This document shows positions 54,501 through 64,000 of a DNA stretch of 64,000 nucleotides, piece by piece. A program made the position numbers and the translations under genes. The notes under the pieces were generated by a model. That model did not search any database, was not told where the DNA came from, and saw nothing but the letters and a program-made list of their open reading frames with translations. Position 1 is the stretch's first letter. Every line of letters begins with the position of its first letter. Source of the DNA: Euglena gracilis (lineage: Eukaryota); NCBI GenBank assembly GCA_039621445.1, contig CP154954.1, positions 38,835,816 through 38,899,815 on the forward strand. Reading direction: 5' to 3'.

Positions 54501-56396
54501 TTGCCATGGATTCCGGAGCTGCGAGTGTGGACTGGCAGTTTGGTCTTTCACATGACCAATTTTGATCAAACCTTTCCTATCAATATTCATGGCATGCAGA
54601 GACTCTCTTAGCTCAGGGAGGTTGAATTTTTCCCTGCCTCACGGGGGGGGGGGGCAGGTGCTACCCGGAGGGGGGGGGTTCCTCTAATTTCGGTGCAAAG
54701 CGCCATTTTTTTTTGGGCCCCAAAGTTGACCCCCCAGGGTTATACAGGGATTCTCTAAACCCATGGGTGGCTCCCCTGCCACCAAGCCTTCTGTTATGGA
54801 TTCAACCCCTCTTCGTCAAAGGCGAGCTCTTCCACTGCGCCCCGGAACACACCCGGACGTTTTGGAACAGCCGTTCACCCCGAGTACTGGCGCAGTGTTT
54901 CGGAGAGGATTGCGTGTTGGATTTCCAGCACGGCACACCTTTTGCTTGGACGTGCACAGTGTGCCACCGTGTGCGGCACAACCAACCGGATGTGCATGTG
55001 TGCAGGGGCAACCCACGACGTTCCACCATTCTGGGGGCACCGGTTTTTTAGCTCAATATTTTCCTTCGGTGTCGAAGGAATTTTCCTTCCAGGGTGCTGT
55101 GGTGCGTGGGGGGTGATCACCCCCGCACAGCCCCCCCCCCCCCCAGAGGGCCTAAGGGTGGGTGCAGGGATCCTTAAACTCTGATCCCGTACCTTCCTTC
55201 TTCAATCTCAAGACAATTGGATCATTTCAACACTTTCAACATAGATCCAACGACCCCAACTCCGATTTGCCATGAGTGGATATGGTTGAATCAATGCGTC
55301 GGTGGGAGTGCTGGAGTGACTGCCTTTCGGGGGGGGGGGGGGTGGAAGTTGCTGATTGGTTTCAAGGCGGTGACTGGCTGGTGATTTGTGAACAAGCGGC
55401 AGGGGGTGGGGACGGTGAGCTACATGGTATGGCCCGTCTCTTTGGGCGCATTCTTTAAAAAAATTTAAGGGTGATAAGACTTCCCCTGCTTCTCCTTCTC
55501 CTTCAACCCTGGAAGACATGCACAAAGAATGTTCAGAATCCGGAGACCCGCAGATTTGACCCCCAACTGTGGTCCTCAACCAAGCCCCCAACCCCCCTCA
55601 CGCCCCCCTTGCCGTATGCTGCAGGTCGACCACCGACGTGCGCCTCACCACTACAGAGCTGCTGTGCTGGGCGATGGAGCACCCAGAGTTCAAGCAATAC
55701 ACCGACCAGGGGTATAGTCTTGGCCCCCCCCCCCCGGGGGGGTAGGGGGGGGGGGTCCCTTGGACCGGGGGGGGGGGGGGGAGGGGCTGGTGGGTATATC
55801 TTTTTCGGCGCCAAAGGCGCTGAAAATTTTGAAAAGGTGCTATTTTGGCCATTTTTTTGGCCATTTTCGGGCAAAGGTGGGTGGGTCCCCCTGGAACTCC
55901 CCCCTCCACCCCGGGGAGCACAGGGAGTGGGTGGGTGGGTGCTGACCCCCCCTGGTCTTAAAAAAATCCCTGGCACCGACAACTGCCACACCTTCGCCCA
56001 CGTCCCCCGCCCGGCAGCCCCCGCTGGCCGCCTCATCCTCGGGAGGCGGCGATGCGTTCCCCTGTGGGTGGGCGGGCGGCTGCTGGGTTGGCCTGCCTTT
56101 GGACGTGCTCGGGAGCAACCTGCACCTGGCGGGGGGGGGGGGACGAGTTTCCCCCGGTGGTGGTCAATTGGCGTTCCGGCGTCCATGCCCCCCATTCTCT
56201 TTTTTTCTCACACGCTTTTCTGACCCCCCCCCCGGCGGAGGGCATCGAAGTCCGGGCACGCCCCGGGAGGCCCGGCGTGCCGAAGGCGCCCCCCCAACCC
56301 AATCGGCCGCCGGGCGGGGCCGGCAACTGCAGCCGCAAGGTGGGCATGGTGAACCCCAACAGCTTCTGGGAGGACGTCCTCTACGACGACTACTGA
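48534..56396 (+). CDS. Putative permuted papain-fold (PPPDE/LRAT/NlpC-P60-like) cysteine hydrolase with a hydrophobic N-terminus
   Basis: Phase-consistent exons: 48534-48551 (MFGGVE), 50557-50679, 50930-51068, 52108-52219 (..DEPIKSVALY..LPIIHP), 52506-52590 (YILVETETWMYVLEKWRDGVAISRFKRK), 54408-54484, 55625-55703 (..TTTELLCWAMEHPEFKQYT), 55978-56008 (DNCHTFAH), 56091-56128, 56241-56396 (..FWEDVLYDDY*, possibly containing one further intron). His on a predicted beta strand precedes an (F/Y)x5NCxxFA motif. Confidence 0.75.
55704..55977 (+). other. Nonconventional intron, equal to a MITE (55707-55972) plus one TSD
   Basis: gacCAGGGGTAT...AAAATCCCTGgcacc; flanks ACACCGAC (55699-55706) and GCACCGAC (55973-55980). 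Removal gives FKQYT|DNCHTFAH. Confidence 0.85.
56009..56090 (+). other. Short nonconventional intron (82 nt)
   Basis: CCCGGCAGCC-CCCGC pairs with GCGGGcGGCTGCTGGG. The phase-1 join gives FAHVPRLPLDVLGSNLHL. Confidence 0.7.
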
Positions 56397-56595
56397 CCCG
56401 CTGCCCCCCCTCTCCTCCCCCCCCCCCCGCCCTCCGGTGGGGTGGGGTCTGTGTGTGGGGGGCAACGCCCCTCAGTGGGAGGACGGTGGCTGGGGGGATG
56501 CGGTAAAGGAGACCGTTGAACGAACGAAGGGGCAACCCAACCAGGCTTCTTCTTTTTTTTTTTAACTTGGAACCCCCCCCCCCCCGGGTCGGAGG

Positions 56596-56948
56596 CAGGC
56601 AATTGCTTAAGCACTGACCAACCCCTCCCCCCCCCCCCGGGGGGGTGGGTGACTGGTTTTTTCAAAGTGACTGACTGGTTTTTGGCCCGGACCCCTCCCC
56701 CCCCGGGGGGGGGTCGGCCAGGAGTGGGCAAAAGTGGCTTGAGTGACCCCGGCGCCGAAGGCGCCGGAAAATTTTTTTGGGCCTAAAATGGCCTAAAGTG
56801 ACTGGAACGTGGCCGTTTTTCTGAGTGGCCGACCCCCCCCCCCCCGGGGGGTTGTGACTGGCTGGTTTTTTGAAAATGAGTGACTGACTGGTTTTTAAAA
56901 AAGTGGAGTGACCCCCCCCCCCCACCGGGGTCGGTAAGCAATTGTATG
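56596..56948. mobile_element. hAT-like MITE with perfect 8-bp TSD, nested in an older MITE (about 56542-57549)
   Basis: GTCGGAGG at 56588-56595 and 56949-56956; TIRs CAGGCAATTGCTTA / TAAGCAATTGTATG. The outer element has ends CAGGCTTCT / AGAAGCCTG and 6/8-matching flanks. Confidence 0.85.
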
Positions 56949-58775
56949 GTCGGAGGCCCAAACATGGGTCTCAGTGCAATGCGCCTGAATTTTTTTTGGG
57001 AAATACCCTTAGACAGCCCGATAATGGTTAGGGGGTATCCCCGCCTGTCTTTTGCTTAAAGGTTCACTGTACCCCCCCCCCCCAGGGTGGACTACGGACT
57101 ACAGCTAGTCCAAATTGGCCAGTGGAAATGCTCAGGGACCTGGGAGGACCGCTGGCAGGGCCAGTGCTGGAAAACCCTTTCTAATAACCGGCGTGAAGCG
57201 CCGAAAAAATTTTGAACCCCAAAAACCGGCCAAAAATGCCCATTTTTGGCCAGCTTTGAGATTTTTCTGGAACAAATTGGCCAAAAAACAATGCATTTCA
57301 CACCCGATTTCCACCGATGGTGGAGAGCTACGGATGAATTTTTTTCCATTCGGGACCCCTCCCCCTGGGGAGGGGGGTCTAGCTAGTGCCTCTTTTCCAG
57401 TGTCTAGTAAATGGCTAGCCAGCGCCCCCCCCCATCCTTAAGCAAAAGCCTGGCCCACGCCCCACCTCCCCGGGGGGGGGGGGGAGGAGCCATTCTGCAC
57501 CGGGCCGGGTGGGTGGGGGGACCCCCCGGGTGTCTTAAACAGAAGCCTGGACCCCACCACCAGACCCTCCTCCAGGCCCACCATCTGTTATGTTCTCTGA
57601 CCCAAGGCATCGTAACCTTCATTCCTGTGACCTCAGGCTCTTCCTGACCTGCCACAGCAAACCTCCTTCAGCAATCACCAGGGTTGACTGGGACTCCCCA
57701 AAAGCCAACGGTGGAGGGTCAGGGTTTTGGTGCTTTCCCCGCAGACTGCAGGAAGGTCCAGATCACACCCCCATGACCACCAAGGGGGTCCAGGCCAACC
57801 CCGAAACGCCCCAAAACGTGCGTATTTCTTTCCAGTGTTTTGCGCAAACTTTTTTTAAAAAGAGCACCTTCCACAAAATTTTGCCCAATTTTTTGCCTGT
57901 CAGAACCGATTGACCAGCGCAGAATCATAGAATTTCCTGAGATTTCCACTTTTCCCCTGCCACTGGTGTCCTCCACTCCATCCTGATAGGCGGGGCAGGT
58001 TCCCACGCCTTCCATTCTTTTGGTGCCTCAGAAATTCTCTGGTCAAAAAAATATCAACGTTTTTCGTCGCAAAGTGCTATGGTTGGTGGTGGGTGCACCC
58101 GGCCACCACCAACCATTTTTGGTTCCCGCATTTTGGCATTTTGGTTCCCGCAACTCTGGCAATGGCGCATTAGACCACTCTGAACCCTTTTGACTGCATT
58201 AATCACCGGCTGCTGGGCTGCTCTCAAATTCTTGGGCTAATGATGATAGAAGCTATGCGGAGGTTTTTTTTTCTTCAAATGTGAGTGATTCACAGAAGGT
58301 CTTTCAAATGGATTGGATTCCTCCCATTTTAAACCCAAGGTTCCTCACCCGGGCAAAAATTGATGGGAAGGAAATTCGTCATTTTTTGAATATGAATGCT
58401 TTTGTGCATTTTTTAATTTGGAGTTTTATGGGTTTCGGTGAGGGTGTTGATTGTGGTGAGTTATGGTCACTTCACAATGAATATTGCAAAGAATGAATAG
58501 CAGAAGAATGTCTGCAACTCCAAAGCATTCTGAAATCAGCGAAAACAACGCAAAGTAGGGGAATTCCCTCCTAGCGGGTGAGTCTAAGTAATCCGGCATG
58601 GACGACCGCCAAAAGGCAACGTTCATGACATTTTTTTTTTAGAAAAAGGAGATGCCTTTTGAGTGCACCTCCACGGCCCAACGTCATTTTTTTCCCCTGT
58701 AGTGCTGTGCACCGTGCTCATTTGGAGGGGAGACGATCAGCAGGATCAACACCATACCCGCCCTCCCCCCCCCCC

Positions 58776-59172
58776 GGGCAATTGACGCCCCCGGGCAATT
58801 GTCACCCCTGGCTGTGCCGGCCAATTTGTCACCCCAGGAAATTGTCACCCCCCTCTGTGCTGCCCAATTTGTCACCCCCCCCCCACAGAAGATGTTTGTG
58901 AACTTTCTTTTCGCCGGCACGGCTCGATTGATCCTCACCAAATGCTCTGCACAATATCACAACCATAGCTGCATTTTTGCGGGTTCACTGGTGTTTCAGA
59001 TGGTGTTCTTGGTCATTTGGATTTAATGTGGCCTACATGGGTGGGCAATTGACGTCCCCGGGCAATTGACGCCCCCGGGCAATTGTCACCCCCCTCTGTG
59101 CTGGCCAAATTGTCACCCTGGGAAATTGTCACCCCCCTCCGTGCTGTCCGATTTGTTGCGCGACAATTGCCC
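58776..59172. repeat. Two copies of a GGGCAATTGACGCCCCCGGGCAATTGTCACCC-based repeat with AATTGTCACCC subrepeats
   Basis: Blocks at about 58776-58885 and 59043-59172. Confidence 0.75.
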
Positions 59173-62100
59173 GGGGGGGGGGGCGGGTATGCTTTTCTTT
59201 TTCCCTTCTTTCCCATTCCCTGTGTGTGGGCCAAGTTTGGGGGCCAATCGTAAATCTGTCATGGACGTTTCATCCTGCTCTTTCCAAAAACTTGGCCAAA
59301 ACAATTGGTGGGGACAGACAGGTTCCCAAAAGTTAAAGCAGCAGGATACAGTGAAAACTTAAGCTACAGCTTTGTAATCAGTTGGTGTTGATCCAAAGAA
59401 CCTTTGCCACACGCACACAAATGGAGTGCACATACCATCAGAGCAGTACCGTATCCCACATTTTATTTTGATTTGAAAATTCCAATGGACATTAAGGGGA
59501 TCTTATTCTTGGGACGGGTCCACATTTGGATCTTTGCTGAAAGGATTGGCTGGAAGAGGTCTTCGTCCATGAGGTTCCAAAATCAAAGGGCAGGATTTTT
59601 GCAACAAACAAATGTTGCCTCCAAAGATGCCAAGTTTCAACAAACGAGAAAAAATATAAGCCAAAAATCACCATTTCAAAAACTCATCCATTTTCGATTA
59701 TTTTGCACAATCGTTTTGCACATGTTAGTTTTAGAAGGGTCTTCTTTTTAGATTTTTGCCAAAATTGGCAGGGGTTTTATTTGAGGGAGGGTCTTTAGGC
59801 AAACTTGTTGATTCAAGGCTTTTGCTGCGCTTTGGCTTGGACCGTCCCATTCAGGCTTCTGTTTCAACTCAGAACACCCCCTCGAGGGGGTGCAGGAAGG
59901 ACCTATTGCTTAATTGGCCTGGAAAGCCCAAATGATTTTGACCTTTTTTTTGGGTTGGGGTCCCTAAAATTCCCGAGAATTTCCTAAATGGCCCAAAGTG
60001 GCCCAGATCACCTAAACCGAGAAAAATTTGGCCATCCTCCTTTGAAATTGTTTTTCAAGGGACGAAAATTTTGACTTTGTGGTCAGGACCAACAATCTTG
60101 GGTTCCAAGTGACTGCTTTCTCAATCCAGGCCATTGAGAGGGAGACATATGATGGGGTTTTCTGGTCATGATTCTGCGATTCTGGGATTCTAGGAACTTG
60201 GTTTCAACCTCTCTGGCAAGAAACCCAAACTTACTTTTTCTGGGTTATTGCAGTTGAATTGCATTCTCCCCTCATTTTGGCATTTTCACATTCGGAGCAA
60301 GTGTCCAACAAAGTTCTCCATTTCTTATTATTTAATTATCGAAGGCCTTTGCGCCATGTGACGCAGTTGGCACCATGGGGGAGGGACACAGACACTTTTT
60401 TTGTGTGTTTTTGTGGTGTTTGAATTGGCAAAATTTGTGGGTTTTTTTTGCTTTTTTTCTTGTTTTTTTTTTTGTGTTTTTGTTTTCCTCCGGCGATTTC
60501 TCATTCCCATTTTTTTAGAAATTTTTCGACTTCGAAAAAAATTCAACATTTTGGCCCGATTTTTCCCTGTGACCAAACTTTTTGCCAATTTTTGTCATCT
60601 TTGGACTATTTTTGGCCAAAAATTGCACATTCCCGAAATCTAAGCGAAATACATCAGAATATAGTTGCACAATAAATGATATTAACAGGTGAAATTTTTC
60701 AAGTCCACTCCTGAATAGCGTATATCCTGGGAGTTCCTGAAGGAATTTATGCAACTGCCGCTCTTTTTGTGTTTGTTTGTTTGCTTTTTGTTTGCGTTTT
60801 TGTTTGCGGCTTTTTTTGTGTCGCATTTTTTGAGGGTCCATTGTGCTTACCCCCTGTTGGCACCGAATACAACCCAGAATTGTGATATTTTGAACCCCCA
60901 CCTACAGTTTAAAAATGACCAACCTAAAGTGGGCAAATTTTAGGCTTGATCACAGGCTCTTGGGTGCGGCACCAAACAACCTCTGGGGGGGTCCTGGACC
61001 AGCAGCCTGGGTATGGGTTTCGACCGGAGAATTTTTCGAAACTGCCCCGAGACAACCCCATTTCTGGGTGGTTTCCGGGGGGGATCCCGCGCCGGGCTGG
61101 GTGGGTGGGTGGGTGGGTGGGGTGGGAGGACCCCCTGGGTCTTCAAGAAGCCTTGCACCATTGTTCAATTTGTGTCCAACCCCAACCCTGAGGGGTGCAC
61201 CTGGTATTGCGGAGTGACTGGCTCCTCTTGGTTCCGGACAACACCAACACCTCTGGGGCTTGTGGCACCGGAACTGGCCCAAAGAAATCCGTTTGCACCG
61301 GGGTTTTTTTAGTCTTGGACCCCCTCCCCCAGGGGGGAGGGGGGGGGGTGGGTGGGTCCCTTGGACCCGGTGGGTGGGTGCCGACCCCCTCCCCCCTCCC
61401 CCCCCCCCGGTCTTAACCATCAGAGAGTGACACCCCATTGGTATTCGGCCATATCGGCCCCCGGCCCGCCCGCCCCAGCGCTTCGCCCCTTGCTGCTTAC
61501 CCCAGTGCCATGCCCTGGGCTGCCCGTCCCTGTGCCGGGTTCCCTGCACCTTTTCCTGCCTGGCATTGCCCTCACTTCCCCCAAAGCTGTTCACCCAAAA
61601 GGGAACCATTTTCCACATTTTTGCCAAAAGGGAGTATGCGAGGCATAAAGGGACAGCACAAAGCACCTTCGTCTTCATCAAAATGGCCCGGCCAAGTCAT
61701 CCCGGGGATCCAGAGCGAAAACCCTATTTTTCACCCCCCCCCCACCCCATGGGCAGGGGGTCGAAAAAAACTGGGGGCAGGCGGTTTAACCGTTTAATGG
61801 CTTGAAGGAAAATTTTGCTTTGTGTTGTGCGTTTTATTATTTTGTTCACGCGGCACTGTGCAGATTGTGAACAATTATGCCTGTCGTGCATCCAAAAAAC
61901 CAAACTGTTTCTGCACATTGAAAGACAACACAAAGGGTTTGAAGTCATTGATGGCGTTTTTCATGATGAAGATGGAGAAATATCCGAAGTTCCCCCCCCT
62001 GCTCTTCTTCAGTGCCATGGCTCCTCCCCGCACCCCCAACAGAGCACCTCCATTTCAGCCTTTGGCCCCACTCCTGTATTCAGAGAATTGGTGCATTTCT

Positions 62101-62975
62101 CACAGTGCATCTCTTAAGCGGTAAATTGGAGGGGGACGCATGAGACACACGGTGGTGCCGAACGATTTGCAGGGAACGGCAACGTTCTTCTTCGTTCGTG
62201 GCAACCTTTCTTGTGGGCTTGCATTTGAGCACAAATGCCTTGTTGTGAAGCAGTTCAGGGGGGAGTTCATATGCTTCTTCCGAACATCTTGTTTGCCACA
62301 CTCACTTGTTCCTTCAGCAATGGAATGCATGCTGTCGGCGGTTGAAAGCCTGCTGTGCACAGAAGATTCAAACTGGATCATTGATTTGAACGGTGTGCGC
62401 CTCCACCACTGTGCGGGGAGAGAGTATGGAGGTCCTGCACCACATTGAAACATATCCAGGAGAGGGGGGGATTGGGCTCGACCAAGTTCAGCCCATTGAC
62501 CTCCTGCCATCTCCCTTTGTCCTTGAACCAGGGTGGTCATTCTTCAGGCAGCCAGGAGACCAAGGAGGGGGGAGGGGGTCAGCCCTCCACCAAAAAGGGC
62601 ATCCTCCTAGCAACGTTTTGCAGTGTGATTTTCCCTAAAGAGAGTTGGTTTTATCTCCGGAAAGAAAGTCACGGCTGATTTGGCTTCTTCCTCAGTCAGT
62701 GGCACGGGAGTCCACCGTCTGGTCATGGCAACTGGAATTCTCCGCCGACTCCCAACCCAAAAAGGAATTTCAATTCCAGTTTCGATGCAGATTCGATCGC
62801 TTGGTCGGCAGACACCCGGGGCCCAGCACCCCATTGCACAAGGCACCCCCCTCCCTGGGGTTGGCAAAAGGAGCAGCCTGGTCTACGCTTTCGGGGGCTG
62901 CCCTCTCCTTGCCGGTGGTGCAAGACCACCCCCTGCGGTCCGAAGGTTTACGTGCCACACATTATGTACCTGCAG

Positions 62976-63958
62976 ACCTGGGCTTTGGCGTGAATGGAGC
63001 AGCACACCTGGGCGAGGTGCTGAGGGGGAACAGCACCGTGCAGAAGCTCCGCATCTGGAGTGTGCCAGTGAAACGACACGCGTGCTCTGATTCGCATCCT
63101 GGGCCATCTTTTCTTTGGGTCATCCACTTAAGGTCCTTTCAAGCAAAAACAAGGGGAACATCCGAAAATACCAACGTCAAGTTTAGGGAGTTTGAAATTG
63201 GTCACATAATGGCCACCCCACACCACCATCATCTGCAGTTTCAGTGATGCGCTGATGAACCTATGCATTTTTTCCGTGCAGGTGCAATTGACCCCCAAAA
63301 CAGTGGCACAGCAAGTTGGACCACTGGACCGAAAAAAAATACCCTCATACTGGCCAAAAAATGCTGGGTTGGGTAAATCCCCCCTAATAATAAACCCACC
63401 CGGTTTATTATTTGGACACCTGAAGTCGGGGTCCGGGGGGGGGGGGGTTATTATTTGGGGGGGTTTATTATTTGGGAAAAAAATTCGAGGTCAAAATTCG
63501 ACCAGAAACCCCCTACACAGGCTCCAATGGTCACTTTTTTGGCACTTTTGGGCTTTTTTTGAAAATTGGGTGCTTTTTTGGCATATTTTCTGCACCAATT
63601 TGATCTATTTTTGTGATTTTTTGCAACATTTCTGCTAATTTTTTACTCTTTTTTTCTTTGCCCTCACACCTGCCAGAGGGGGGGGGTTATTATTTGGGCG
63701 GCCGATTATTATTTGGGCGACCTCAAGGGGGGTTTATTATTTGGGGGGGGGGTTATTATTTGGGGGGGGTTACGTTTTCGAGAAGGCATGCGAGAGATCC
63801 GTTAAAAAAAGCGGTGCAAAACACCAGAGGGAGAAAAACCTGACCCTTTTCTCGTACCCCTCTGCTCGTTTCAGATAACGGCATCGGCCCTGAGGGGGCC
63901 CGGCACCTGGCAGAGGTGCTGAAGGTGAATGCCACCCTGCAGGAGATCTATCTGGACC
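62976..63958 (+). CDS. Leucine-rich repeat protein (RI-like/NLRC3-type 28-aa LRRs), partial
   Basis: Two 84-nt phase-1 exons: 62976-63059 (LGFGVNGAAHLGEVLRGNSTVQKLRIW) and 63875-63958 (NNGIGPEGARHLAEVLKVNATLQEIYLD). Each has a CAG acceptor and a GTGTGCC donor; the gene continues beyond the window. Confidence 0.9.
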
Positions 63959-64000
63959 GTGTGCCCTCCCCGCCTTTTGCTGTTCTTCCCCTTTCTGTTG

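Noticed and set aside
55704-55724. Reading DQGYSLG as coding to give a YSLGTDNC motif
   Set aside because: These bases match the MITE left terminus (compare 33003 and about 61297), and the TSD places them inside the insertion. FKQYTDNC already satisfies the motif spacing.

Overview
This is eukaryotic genomic DNA with small GC-rich exons separated by repeat-filled introns. The splice signature points to a euglenid (Euglena-like) nuclear genome; this is an inference from GTGTG/GTCTG-type donors plus many non-GT-AG introns with base-paired ends. The supplied ORF track is almost all noise. Manual splicing gives four + strand genes: (1) an Ariadne-type RBR E3 ubiquitin ligase, 5' end not found (exons 4195 to about 20950); (2) a MAN1/Src1 (MSC-domain) inner nuclear membrane protein (23543 to about 38439), whose 3' half is repeated after a 13-N gap, probably an assembly overlap; (3) a permuted papain-fold (PPPDE/LRAT-like) His/Cys protein (48534-56396); (4) two 84-nt LRR exons at the right edge. 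The main finding concerns about ten euglenid-type nonconventional introns. Two of them (16437-16771 and 55704-55977) are recognisable CAG...CTG terminal-inverted-repeat MITEs still flanked by 7/8-identical 8-bp target-site duplications (TSDs). Related free MITEs with 7/8 to 8/8 TSDs occur elsewhere in the window. The intron geometry (CAG at +4..+6, CTG at -8..-6) removes 3+5 = 8 flanking nt, exactly one hAT-type TSD, so splicing erases the insertion without a scar. All exon models are hand-derived and need RNA-seq confirmation.
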